Origin: Octopus vulgaris
Taxonomy: Eukaryota
Assembly: GCA_951406725.2 (NCBI GenBank)
Contig: OX597822.1
Location: forward strand, 17,360,001 to 17,424,000
DNA length: 64,000 bases
Direction: 5' to 3'
Under the pieces are notes generated by a model that was not told where the DNA came from, did no database searches, and worked only from the letters and a program-made list of their open reading frames with translations. Position 1 is the first letter of the stretch. The number at the start of each line of letters is the position of its first letter. Of the stretch, positions 42,066 through 55,848 are shown in pieces. A program made the position numbers and the translations under genes.

Positions 42066-43084
42066 TTTATATAAATACCATATATATCTAAAGTGTTGTA
42101 AGTCCAAAACGTTGCTTTTTCAGAAAATAAAAAAATGGTTTCACCATTCCATTTCTTTTTACATTAGCAACAGTTTCAGCTTAACAATAATACTTAGTTG
42201 GGTGCATAAAATCAGAACTCCATGTATGTATGATATTTTCAGTCAGAAATACTTTTGCAAAACTTTCGTATGTGGGACTTTTGAAAAATGTTAAACCATT
42301 GTACCACACTTTGACAATTTCCATATCTTGTCATCTGATGCAGCTGGAAATACTATAGTTTGACCAAAAGAACCGGCTATTAAAAGCAAAATTAAATATT
42401 CCTGTCTGTCTCCCTATGTTTCTCTATGTCCCCCTCCTCCCATAAACACCATTGCCACATATAAACTAGGGAACGCATATCAGGGGGGGGGGGGAAATTC
42501 CACTCTCTTCCTAACCCCTAACCAAGAATAACAGACAGCTCGTCATGAATAGATAAAAGATAAGAATCCTTCTTTCAACCTCACTTTCTTCTACCTGCTA
42601 TCTTTGCACATATCATCATTATTCTTTCATTATTCTCTCATTATATTATTCTTTCAGTATTCTCTCATTACTCTGTCTAGTTCAGTAACATGTAAATATG
42701 TTTTTCGTTTAGTCTTGTCTTCCTGTTGCTCCCGAAGATAACTTTATATTCATTGATTCACTTAGCTACCAAAGTCTTAACACTCAGCCACCTATCATTC
42801 TCCTAAAATTTGACTTTCTCAGATTTTTCAAACCTACTTTCTTGGTCTCATGATTAACAGGCCCTCTTCCTAGTTCATGGTGTCCCCGCCCTCCCACCCC
42901 CTCCACACATGCCGGAAGTTTTTATTCTTTGCCATCCTTGAGTTGCTTCCCATGAAGACTGCAAAAACTCTTTCGCTATCCCTACCCCTAGTCTCGGCCT
43001 ATCTCCTATGTAAGGTAATGTTCATACAGTGCAATATATGAAAGGGTAGTGTTATGCAGGTTGAACTGAAGGCTACTGTATTGC

Positions 43085-46000
43085 TTGCTCATGACTTCTG
43101 CCAAATGCGAGTTTTCTTTTCAGGTACATGAAACAACTGTCCACCGTCCTAGGGTCTCTAGGGCACATACCTCCCACACCATCAGGGTTGGCACCCTCAA
43201 CGTTGGCACACTGAAAGGTAGGTCTGGCGAGATAGTCGAGATGCTTGAACGGAGGGAGATGTGTTGATATATGTTGCATCCAAGAAGTAAGGTGGAGAGG
43301 AGGTTCTGCTAGATTCCTCACAGGCAAAGAACACAGGTACAAGATTTTCTGCGCAGGGAACACTGATGGGGTTGGTGGCGTGGGTATACTTATCGCTGAA
43401 AAATGGGTAGATAAAGTAATTGAGGTAATCAGAGTAGGTGACAGAATACTTAAGATTAGATTAGAGCTTCATCATGGATTAGCAACCATTATATCGGCCT
43501 ATGCTCCTCAGCCGGGGCTACCCGATGGACAGAAAGACCGATTCTACGACACTCTACTGCAGACTACCTCGTTGACGAACGACAGAGACCTTCTCTTTGT
43601 GGCTGGTGACTTCAACGGTCACGTTGGACGACATGATGGGGGCTTCCATGGTGTACATGGAGGCTATGGTTAAGGTTCCCGCAACGAGGAGGGAACTAGG
43701 CTGCTGGAGTTCTGCGATGCAAATGATCTTATGGTCTGCAACACTAACTTCAGGAAACCTACCAGTCACCTAGTCACCTAATGATTGGGCTGACATACCA
43801 GCCAAATTGACTACATGCTTGCCAGGAAAAGGGAAAGATGGCTGCTTATAAATGCCAAAACCTTCCCAGGCAAAGAATGTACCCCGCAACATAGACTGGT
43901 AGTTAGTGACTTTAGGATCAGGACTAAGAGGACGACCAGAAGATGACCAACATGGAGAAGAAGGATGTGGAAGCTTAAAGATCCTGCGAATGGACAGAGA
44001 TTTAGGGACATATTACTTGAAGCCTTTGACGAAGTAGAAGGGGATAGAGCATCACATGGGGTAGAAGCCACTGACCAGATCTGTGGCTGGTGCAAAGTCC
44101 CCTCTCAACCCAAAATAACGTGGTGGTGGAACAATGTTGTAGACAGGGCTATTAGAGAAAAGAGACAGGCTTGGAAGGACTGGAAGAATGGTGGTAGCAG
44201 GGAATTGTATCAGACTGCCAAAAGGGAAGCTAGGAGACAGGTCTATTTAGCCAGAGGGGAAGCAGATAAGAAAAAATTTGCCAATGTTCTGCACCGTGAG
44301 GACCAAAGACTTGAGGTGTTTCGTGGTTCACTTGTGCTAAATGAGGATGCAAAGAGAGAGGTTTGGAGATGCCACTATGAAAGGTTGCTGAATAAAGAAA
44401 ATGAATGGGATAAAGAGAGTCTGCCGAATGTCGACCCAACAGAGGGATGAGCTATCCGAGTTGACAGTTCCTTGGTAGTTAAGGCAATTAGAAGCATGAA
44501 GACAGGGAAAGCCCCAGGCCCTTCAGGAATCACTGCAGAGATGCTCAAAATATCTGGTAGTGTCAGCTATAGCCTAGTCACCCGTATAGTTAATCAGGTG
44601 ATACACGAAGGAGTCATACCCAATGACTGGTGTAGCAGCATAATAGTCAACTGCTACAAAGGTAAAGGTGACGCCCTAGATACAAATAATTACAGTGGTA
44701 TCAAGCTGTTTGATCAGGTAATGAAGGTTACGGAGAGGATCATAGCCCAATTAATTAGAGAGGGAGAGTTAATTTAGATGAGATACAGTTTGGGTTCGTG
44801 CCAGGGAAAAGTACCACAGATGCTATATTCCTGGTAAGGCAGCTGCAGGAGAAATACCTAGTCAAAGATAAGCCCCTGTACCTGGCTTTTGTTGACATAG
44901 AGAAAGCCTTCAACAGGGTCCCCCAATCCCTTATCTGGTGGTCAATGAGGAAACTAGGGATAGATGAATGGTTAGTGAGAGCTGTGTGAGCCATGTACAG
45001 GGACGCCGCTAGTAAGGTGAGGGTTGGCAATGAGTACAGTGAAGAATTCCGGGTAGAGGTAGGGGTCCACCAAGGCTCAGTCCTCAGCCCCCTCCTATTT
45101 ATCATAGTCCTCCAGGCAATAACGGAGGAATTCAAGACAGAATGCCCCTGGGAGCTCCTCTATGACCTTGCTCTAATTGCTGAGTCACTATCAGAACTGG
45201 AGGAGAAGTTTCAGGTGTGAAAGCAAGGATTAGAATCGAAGGGCCTTAGAGTCAACCTAGCTAAAACCAAAGTCCTAATAAGTAGGAAGGTAGACAAATC
45301 ACAAATGTCTTCAGGTAGATGGCCCTGCTCGATCTGTAGAAAAGGTGTAGGTAGAAACTCTATAAGATGCACCAAGTGTAAGCTATGGACACATAAGAGG
45401 TGCAGCAATGTCAAAGGAAGGCTAACTAGGAAGATAGTATGTGGCAGATGCTCAGGAGCAATAAACACTGAAAATGCCCTGAGACCTACTTCTGCCACAT
45501 TCCAGGGAGAAAAACTAGAAATAGTTGATAGCTTCCGTTACCTAGGTGACCAAGTCAGTAGCGGGGGAGGGTGTGTTGAAAGTATAACTGCTAGAGTAAG
45601 AATAGCTTGGGCAAGGTTCAGAGAGCCCTTACCTCTGCTGGTGACAAAAGGCCTCTCGCTCAGAGTAAAAGGCAGACTGTATGACGCGTGTGTACGAACA
45701 GCCATGCTACACGGCAGTGAAACATGGGCCGTGACTGCTGAGGATATGCGTAATCTCGCAAGAAATGAAGCCAGTATGCTCCGATGGATGTGTAATGTCA
45801 GTGTTCATACTCGACAGAGTGTAAGTACCTTGAGAGAAAAGCTGGACCTAAGAAGCATCAGTTGTGGTGTGCAAGAGAGACGTTTGCGCTGGTATGGTCA
45901 TGTGCCGAGAATGGATGAAGATAGTTGTGTGAAAAAGTGCCATACCCTAGCAGTTGAGGGAACCTGTGGAAGAGGCAGACCCAGGAAAACCTGGGACGAG

Positions 46001-46578
46001 GTGGTGAAGCACGACCTTCGAACTTTAGGTTTCACTGAGGAAATAACTAGAGACCGAGACCTTTGGAAGTGTGCTGTGCGTGAGAAGACTGGGCAGGACA
46101 AGTGAGACTATAACCCGGGATGTGCCAGTCCACTTATGCATACCTTTCATTCTGGGGACACAAAACTCTACTTGTGAAGACGTTGAGGCAAGTGAGAATC
46201 AAAATCGATCAACATCAATGGAAATTGCAGCTGTGATACCAGTGCCGGTGGCACGTAAGAGAGCCATCCGAATGTGGCCGTTGCCAGCGCTGCCCCGACT
46301 GGCCTCGTGCCAGTGGTATGTAAAAAGCCTCGCCTGGCCCCCGTGCCGGTGGCACTTAGAAAGCACCATCCGAATGTGGCCGTTTGCCAGCCCCGTCTAG
46401 CACCTGTGCCGGTGGCACGTGAAAAGCACCTACTACACTCACGGAGTGGTTGGCGTTAGGAAGGGCATCCAGCCATAGAAACATTGTCAGATCGGACTGG
46501 GCCTGGTGCAGCCTTCTGGCTTCCCAGAACCCAGTTGAACCGTCCAGCCCATGCTAGCATGGAAAGCGGACGCTAAAC

Positions 46579-46612
<34 letters not shown>
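43085..46612 (+). mobile_element. RTE-clade LINE, near full-length, inactivated (APE endonuclease + RT with inserted PHD-like finger, (GAT)n tail)
   Basis: APE motifs IRVGTLNVGTL, DICCIQEVRW, ISAYAPQ, VAGDFNGHVG. RT motifs KAPGPSGITAEMLK, GKSTTDAIFLVRQLQEK, AFVDIEKAFNRVP, GVHQGSVLSPLLF, FRYLG. C-terminus RRLRWYGHV..GRGRPRKTW. 3' tail aacc..cccatgctagcatggaaagcggac + (gat)n. Several stops and frameshifts. The 5' UTR may extend to about 42500. Confidence 0.95.
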
Positions 46613-46614
<2 letters not shown>

Positions 46615-46904
46615 AACACATTAGACCAAATTTGGACATAATAGCAACAATGTATATACTTTATTAAAAAGCAGCAAAAATGTCGCAAAATCTGTTACTC
46701 AGTTTCATGCTCCTGGTCTGATAAATGGTAATGTGAAACTCTGAGTAACAGTTTTTGTGTTATTTTTGCTGGTTTTTAATAAAGCATATTACTCTACCTC
46801 TACTATTCAAATACTATTCTTTCACCCTGTTTCGCACTTATGTGCTTACTCTGGTATACACACACACACCATATATATATATATACATACACATGTACAT
46901 ATAT

Positions 46905-48420
46905 CACCATCTAAGATGTGTGTTTCAAACAGGCACAGGTTAACAGTTTGACAGGATCCAATGTGGCCAAGGACAACATAGTGCTTCAGTGTCTGTTTTG
47001 GCATGGGTTTTACAGATAGATGCTCTTCCTAATGCCAACCACTTTACACAGTGGATTGGGTGTTTTTAATTATTTTGTGTCAGCTGAAATACTGAGGTCA
47101 CCACGCAGGTTATAGAACTACAAACCCTGGCTTGGGGCTGGGTAACTATGGAGAAGGTGGGTAGCAGTATAGGTTCTTGTAGATCTACATGGCTACTCTT
47201 GAATAATAGAAGAAGGGGAAGGAAAGAAAAAATGAACAGTAAGAACTGCGAGAGATAGCTAATGGCAATGGGGTGCTTAAACGGCCCCACATGGCACAAG
47301 GTGAGTTGAAGAATCAGTTTGCATGATTGTATGGGAAAGAGAATGAAGGGATAAGGGCTGGGAGTGGGAGGCAAACTGTCAAAATGGGGATGATTGAAAG
47401 GCAGATAAACAAGGACTCCTGAGTTTGAAGAGATAGAGGGATGCAGAGGACTAAGAGGTAAGGAGCAGAGTAGTGTAGCCAGTGCAGTTGTCAGAGAGGG
47501 AGGACAAGAAAGAGGAGAGACATTGCTGGTAGCCTGCAGGAGCTATGGATGGTTGGAAGAGGCAGGTGTAATTCATAGAAGAGGGTGAATGAGTCACTGT
47601 AATATGGGTGGAGAGTACAATACTTCCAGAATTCAGTTTCACTGAGAAGGGTGGTTCTTTTCAAGAATCCCATATTACCAGATATCCTAGTCTTTTGTCA
47701 TTTCCTACATCAGACTCAGAGTCCAGAGGTCAGCCTTAACTACTTCATTCCATGTCCTCCTGGGTCTCCCTTTACTGCAAGTTCCAGCCACATTTAGCAA
47801 TCGATATTTCTTTACACAGCTGCTCTTATTCAGATGCATCAAATGTCCATACCAGTGTAGTCTTCTTTCTTGCAGATAACAACAACTGACTCCTCTAATG
47901 CCCAGTTTTTTCACTCAGCCCCTTTGTACTAATTCTTTCATGCACACTTACACTGCACATCTAGTAGGGCATGCTTGTTTCATTTCTTTCCAGCTTTTTG
48001 AAGGTCTATGTTTCACTATTATGTAGCATTGCAATTCTAACACAAACACCATACAGTCTGCCTTTTACTCTTAGGGAAAGATCTGTCATTAGCAGTGTTA
48101 GTAGCTCCCTGAACTTTCTCCAACCAGTTCTCCCTCTAGCTACTCTACTTTCAGAGCAACCACATCCATTGCTAATTACATCTAGATAAAAAAAAATATC
48201 AACTACAACTAGTGAATCATCTGGACATTTCAGAAACCTGATTTCCAGTGAGCTTGTACAAACTGTTTCAGTGCATCTCTAGCATATAAAAGTTACATTT
48301 TCAGATAACCTGTAAGTGATTCTACTACATCTCTTGTGTGCCCATAGCTTACATCAAGCACAGCAAATGGAGCTTATAGCAACTCTTTTTCTCGATATCA
48401 AGCAAGGCCATTTCCTTGAA
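46905..48420 (-). mobile_element. Old RTE LINE 3' fragment with pyrimidine-rich 3' UTR, tail-to-tail with the young RTE
   Basis: ORF 47705-47914 LQERRLHWYGHL..GRPRRTWNEV. Purine-rich + strand at 47140-47600. Tail motifs at 46910-47060. Confidence 0.8.
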
Positions 48421-48498
48421 GGTACCAGGGTCCTATTTTTCTTCTTTCCTATTTACTAAAATCTAAATTGTGTGTGTGTATGTATGTATGTATGTATG

Positions 48499-48542
<44 letters not shown>

Positions 48543-51500
48543 CATTCATTATTCTTAATTCTGTTTCTTCTTTTTCCTTTCCGTGAAAGCACCTCATTGC
48601 TATTTTTGATTTTTTGATGAAGTCAATGTATAAATTTTAAAATTACTGATAAGATGATAAAACAAATAGAGGAAGCAATAGCAAAACACTTCATAAATAT
48701 TTACTCAAGCTTATATATATATAGTTTAGTACAAATCAGCCAATGTGATTGCTACAATAAATTACACCTAATGTTTCTTCAAGTTAACAATGAAATCAAG
48801 TTTGCAATGAATTCATAATCATGAACAGTTTTAATAATAAATAGATTTCAGATGTTAAATATTTCAAATTTATTTTCTGAGTAAAATCATCTCCTCCTGA
48901 GACTGCTAATTCCCACTAGAACAGTCATGTTAATACAATAATCTCTCTAAAAAGTATCATTCACAATAATTGGCCAGCGGTTATTAAAAAAAAAAAAAAT
49001 TATGATCACGATCAAGTTACTTATTCACATTCTAGATCCATATTTGATTCCTTTCTTCCATTCAACATCCAGAAACGTTTTCATTTTTCAATCAATATAT
49101 GTTAACAATCATCAGAAAATATGCACAGAATATTTGAACTCTTTACTCCACTGCTAGAACTCCTGTATATAGTATGCAATTTTAAAATCTTGGACAGTCT
49201 CAAATTTAAACTATGAATTTTTCTTTTCACAAATTAAAAATTTAATTTTCCATATTCGAGATGATATTTCTGAAATCAGTCTTGAACTGGAAACTCATCA
49301 TCCCCATCATTTAACTATTGATGTAAATTATAAATACTTGTGATAAATTATTGTTAGTATCGTTATCATCAGCAGCATTACTTTAGATTTATTTATGGTA
49401 ATTATGTATATAAGCACTATAATTATATTGTGGATAGTTAATACATAAAAACAGTATTTCTAATCCTATAAGCCAGCAGTTATTCGAATTCAAATATGTC
49501 TTTTTCTATCTCTGTATATATACATACTTCAATAACTATAACATTAAAAAAAATTAAAAGAAGAAACAAATATAAAGAGAAAATAATAATGACTAAAGAG
49601 CTGACAGAAAAAAGTAAAGAATAAAATAAAAACTTTCTTAACTACTATACAAAGCTTACAACACAACAGCAATATTTCAGACATTTCAGATGAACAAGAA
49701 TGATTATCAGTAGAAATAGCAATGAAATGAAGTCTATAAACTGCTGAGATAGTATGGAAAATATAGTGGATAGTTTTCTGTTACTTTAAGTGACCTAATA
49801 CTTGAAACAGCAAACTAGGCATTAAAGGTTTCTGTTAATGTATTTAGGCAAGGGAGCAGCAATATTATAGAAATGTGATGAGAATGGATAACACCAGCAT
49901 AATGAAAGAAAGTGATATATTGACATTGGAAGGTACCCTCAGAAGAGGAAAGCAAAAGAAGAAATGTAAAGAAGTGAATGTTAGGATGCTAGACTTCACC
50001 AGATTTAGGAAAGTGAAGAGGAGATATGCAGTACTGTAGACTTGCCCAAACTATGCTAACACGAAAAAGAAAATAAGCAAGAAGACAATGATGATAATAA
50101 ACATGACATATTAACTTAGTTAATAAGACTTGTAAGAAGAGAAAACAAATCAAGCAAAAAGAAAGATTGATTTTCAATTAGTTGAACTACAGAAATACTA
50201 CTAATTTCTTGAGAGTAAGTAATAGCTAAAACTAATTTGAAGTAGATTAAAAGTATTTACAAAATCAACAAGAATTACAAGTTAATGCCATTACTCATCA
50301 TTCTGAACTTCTCTAGCTTAATTCACATTGAGAAATATAGTTAACTTTGTTACTACTCTGTTCAAAGATAATTGGCTTTGTTTTCTTGTACGTCTATTTA
50401 CAATTCTTATGTTTATAATCATTTCATTAAACATTACTTGCATTCATTTAAATCAGAATTAACAAGATAATGAAAAGAAAGTTAACATGTAATTAATTGA
50501 AAAATATTCAATACACAACTGTTTTTAATTATTGATGAGGTTTTCATACTAGGCTATTTACGCTGAACAGATGCTTAAAGAATCTTCTGACACTGCAGAA
50601 ATAACAAAAATATTTAATATGCAACAAATGCTGCACAAAAAGTTGATATTTAGGAATTTAGTAACATATCAAAATATTTATATTAATTATATTTTTTGTA
50701 TTTTTTTTATTTAGCAAAGAAACCAAAGGAAGGGGGTGGGGCTTAAAACTGACTCAACTTAAAACAGCTGTTAATTACATAATTTCAAAGAATGATTCAT
50801 TGTTATGAATAGATACTGGATATTTATTTCCTAACCAGCATCAAATATGGAAAATATTTGTATAAACTAATTACATTAATCTAAAAATTAATTAAGCCAT
50901 TCCTCATTGTATGCATGAGCCATCTTCTCTATGATTCATTACAAGTAGATAAAATGATGGATTAAGAATCTCAGCTTGACTACACAAGTTTGTTTCTCAG
51001 AGACACTTTTTTTGTATTGTATTGTTTACTTTTCCAAAACATTCATGTTCAAAAAAATAACTAATTCCCTTTCTCATGATTAAAACAATCACCTCAAATA
51101 GTTCAGAAAAAGTTGTGTCAGTCAACCATGTACATACAAAACATCAAATCCTCCAACAGCATATTTTTGTTAACTGATTGTCTTCCAAAACATGAGGCGT
51201 GGTCAATCTAGTTACAATAACAAGTGCTTAGGAATAAGGAGACATTGCTCCAGCTAATATCAATCAATAAGTGGATTACAGACCCTCCCTATGGTGCTGA
51301 CAAACAATAAGAGATCAAATCACTGCCTTTCCACTCTCTCACATAACACATAGTCTACATTTCAGTCTCATATAAAAGAAACCCCAAAATGCAAGTATTA
51401 TGAATTCCTATTCTTGGCTTTCAGTCTATTGGAATTATCTTACAGCCAAATAATGGTAGCCACAGCCTTTCATTACCGACACTGGCAAGTTATTGCTTAA

Positions 51501-52789
51501 AGAAACAAAAGTTATTTCTTTAACATTGATATAGGATGGGATCCATACTCATTGTTAGAATACAACATATTTTGAGGTAGACTTTTACATTTCAAACTCA
51601 GCTGGTGCAAAGGCAAAACAATCACATTATAGTTGCAGGTAACACCTTTTTATTTATTGCTAAAGCAACATCCTTTGCATATAAATTTCAAAATGAGCAT
51701 CCATGAAATCCAATGCTTTGCATAAAGATGAAAGACAGAGCAAAATAGTTTCTAATTACAAAGAAAACATTCAAGCAAGATGATGTAGGAAAGATACAAT
51801 AAAGTATGGGTGAGCTAAGATACCAAATAAGGTATGAGTTAAACCACTGCTTTGCTTTGAGCTGCTATTTCTAGCATCTGATCACCACTATCATCAGTAT
51901 CAATACTAGAATCAAGTAGATAATAACCAGTTTTTAAACTCATTGAAACAAATGCAGTGTATTTAAAACAAAACAATAAGAAAAGAGTAAAAGACAAAAA
52001 GTCCATAATACAAGTGAAATATTCTGTACCAAGACATTCTACAATAATCAGCAGAAAATGAAGCTCAGTGACTGGAGAAGGGAAAAAGCTTCTGAGCATG
52101 TGGATGAACAATCAATATCAGTTCCATGAGCCTTACTTTAACAGATGGTTGCAACACCCTTTGAAGATTTAAAATAAGTGAGCAGAACGCCATTGCTGAC
52201 AGGCAGAGGACATTTCCAGGTTATTAATTCTTGAAATCAACATCATCAAGAAAGATACTATGAGAAATAAAGTACTAACAGTATAAAATAGCATTATTAT
52301 CATTATTTATTATGATGATTTTTATAACTATTTTTATATTATTACTATTCCTATCTATATAGAAAAAGTACAGTATAATTTTGGTACAGCATACTACTGA
52401 ACATTAGTCAGGTACAGCTAAGCTATACAAACCTTTCTTATAATGCTGTTTACAGTATTTAGTATTAACAAGAATAATATTCAACTTCTGAACAATTAAG
52501 CTTGCAAAAATCAAACTCTTAAGATATTATCCTATTCATGAGTAAATGTATGTGTGTGTGGGTGGATATATGGATATATATATATATAAAATAAAGAAAA
52601 GCAGTGTCTTAGAGAAGGTGGCAACACAATAACAATGCAGAACAAGCATCAAATATCCAAAATTAACAAGAACAAAGATATTGAAATGTTATCATAGAAA
52701 TATTTAATCAGTTTTTATATTTTGGTTTAATAACCCCTTTACAAAAGTATTAAGAGCACAAGAGAGAGAGGGAGAGAGAAATAAATTAT

Positions 52790-53240
52790 GTGTCCATCAT
52801 GTTGTTGAAGAATGGGTAGGGTAAGTTGTACATGCTCCAGCAGGACTCTACTTCCTCCCATAAAGTGCTCAGAACACTGAAGTTGCAGGTTAAGAATTTT
52901 CATGACTATAAGAACATAAAAAATGTGGCCTCCAAGTTCTCTTGATTTGAGCTCCACTCAACGGACTATTATGTCTGGAGCGTATCATCAAAAGGAAGGC
53001 CAGTCGCAATCCTACAATGTCAAAGACATGATGGGGAACATGTACAAGAACTGCCTGATTCTGGCTCTCAGTTACTTCCATGTTGGCACCAATATTGTCC
53101 TTGGGGCTGAAGGTGGGTTCATTGCATAACCTGTGTTTTTAATAGATCCAGTGGAATACACATGCCATTTTTTCTGAAGCTATATTGTAGTTTCCATTTA
53201 ATACTTTTGTTTTTCCTTGTATTTTATTCTCAATTACCTG
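52790..53240 (+). mobile_element. Tc1/mariner-superfamily (probably DD37D/maT-like) transposase 3' remnant
   Basis: QQDSTSSHK...MWPPSSLDLS..DYYVWS (cf. QQDSAPAH...WPPSSPDLNPLDYYVWS). Ends AEGGFIA*. Confidence 0.7.
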
Positions 53241-54309
53241 CACACACTAACACACACAAGCACACATTATTCATTCATTTATTTGACTGCAGCTTCTTCA
53301 CAATGTCTACTTGTATGTGAAAATCAGATGTGTTTTTATTCATCTTCTATTGGTTTTAGCTATGCCATTGCAGACATTCTGGTGCATAGCTTTTGAAATA
53401 CTATCCTCTATTTCTGGAATTATTTACGTCTAGCTATATTATTTCTTTGATAATTCTTGCTGCACTTTCTAGTTAAGAACATTGACTTTAAAGACAAGAA
53501 ATCTTTATTTATTGGGATTTTAATGTTTTTGTTTGTTTCTTTAATTTCTTTTGAGGAATTTATTTTTATTCACTTTTAGTTTTATCATTATTATTGTTTT
53601 ACTATTTTCTTTTTAAACTTATTAGCTTCATACTCAAACTAGCTCATTCATAGGTTTAATGCTTATGCCTAAGTTAATTAAAGTACTTTGGTAAAGCAAG
53701 AATTTTACAATATTTGATTAACTCATTTACAAATATCTTGTCATAGAAACTGTTTTTCAAATTATTATTTTGATGTGTTTCAAATATTTCCTTCTTTCTA
53801 TTTTTTACCAGCTAATTTAATGCATCCTTTTTTCATTTCAAACTAATTAGATGTTTGCAAGCACAACAGTATAGTTAAGTAGCTTGGCTGGTAACCACAC
53901 AGTTGTGGGTTGGATCTCATGACATGCTACTCTGGTTAAATATCTTCTACCAAAGGCTGAGGTAAACCATAGCCTTATGACCGAAATATAGCACACAAAA
54001 GCTGGATGGAGGTTCGCAAAATATGTGTGCATGTGTGTAGCTATATTTAATATGTTTGTGTACAATTTGGATGTGGGAAGACCTTTGCTATAGAAACTAG
54101 CCAGGGAGAAAAAGAATTTCGATTATAAACAATGCATATGAAAGCACATCACTGGGATGTGAATGATATCAATGGGCTGGAGGATACATGCATTTCTGGA
54201 TACAAAACTACTATATTTTATTTTTTAAGTTATATGTGCAAAATTACAGTTGTGGCAGAAACCAGTATAACGCAAATTGGCACATAATAGCATCCATGTC
54301 ATGCAAACG

Positions 54310-54503
54310 ACACCCATGCTGGTGGCATGTAAAAGCACCCATTACACTCTCAGAGAGGTTGGTGTTGTTAGGAGGGGCATCCAGCCGTAGAAAACCATAC
54401 CAAATCAGAGTGGAGTCTGGTGCAGCCTTCCAGCATGCCAGCCCAATCAAACCGTCCAACCCATGCCAGCAGGGACAACAGATGTTAAATGATGATGATG
54501 ATG
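54310..54503 (+). mobile_element. RTE 3' tail fragment (similar short tails at about 13690-13830+, 38410-38610-, 39365-39422+, 60410-60640-)
   Basis: gctggtggcatgtaaaagcaccc...ccaacccatgccagca..taaat(gat)n, matching 46400-46612. Confidence 0.8.
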
Positions 54504-55812
54504 GAGTATATGCAGCCAATATTCAAAGACAAAGTTTGCCTTGTTTTAGCTATCATTTCATCAATCATTTACTTCATTAACAAAGATGTTACAGAACACA
54601 AAAATAATAAAGAAGAAAATTATTTTCAATCCATAGCTATATTGTGAAATATATCATTTAGATATATTAATATATAAAACTCTGATGGTGTAGATAACCA
54701 AAAATAAAACTTGCATAGTGACAAAGATTGACTAATTGGGTTTTAGGTGCTATTATAAAATCAACGTCGTTTGGTTACTATTTACTATTTAGCTGGGTAG
54801 ATAGACAGACAAACAAATAGATATACGTATACATGTGTGTGTTTGTGTGTAGCTTTGTCTTGATATTATTTGATTGTCATACACAAGCATCACTGTCATC
54901 TAAACGATATTCATTTCCATTTTTCATAGAAAACATGTCCTGCCTTGTGACACATTCCTTTACTTGGAACAGGTAAAAGCTGATGACAGAGAGCATCTGG
55001 CTGCAGGAAATCTGCCTCAACAAATACTGTCTGACCCATGTTAGGATTAAAGTGAGTGTGAAATGATGATGCACACATACGAAAATGTGTGAGTGTACAT
55101 CAACACACACACATACATATGCATGTGTGTGTATATTCATACACACGCACATAAACAAGAATAGGAGCACCTAAAATGCAACAGGTAGACACGTGACATT
55201 TGAGTGACAGTTGTGTTTTCTTTTCAAAACTACTTTAATGTAAAATTAAAGTAGTTAACAGTTTTTCACAACTGATTGGTATTGTTTCAAATGTATCAAT
55301 AATAAAATGAAAACAATTTTTAAAGGAAATCCTTGATATGTTCTACATAAAATTAGTTTCAGAATATTTAATTTTACATCACTGTATGTATTTCAGCTCT
55401 AGTTGGCTAGACTTAGATTCTTACATGATTATAACATCAACCTAAATTGATTTATTGAGATATCAGAATGGTATATGGATTTTTAACAATGCAAAACTGG
55501 CTTCTGTTATGATAGAAAGTAAAATAAACTTCAAGTTGATACAGTACAGAGATAACAGGTTTGTATAATGATTATGAAAGTAGTCAAGTAGGAAACCTTT
55601 ACGTAACTGTTCAATCTACCAGAAACAACAGGCAAATCTCTTTCGAATCACAAAAGCACAAGTACAATGATATTTATTTACTTTCTGGCAACATGGACAA
55701 CATTTAATTTCCAGTAATTCAGAATATTTGAGTATATCCATTCACAAAAATATATGTTTATACGTATATATGTCTGTGTGGTTGTTTGTCCACCTGTTAT
55801 CATCCTCTGTTC

Positions 55813-55842
<30 letters not shown>

Positions 55843-55848
<6 letters not shown>

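Noticed and set aside
46230-46435. CRISPR-like repeat/spacer pattern
   Set aside because: The spacers are themselves repeated and the array lies in a eukaryotic LINE 3' UTR. No cas genes.
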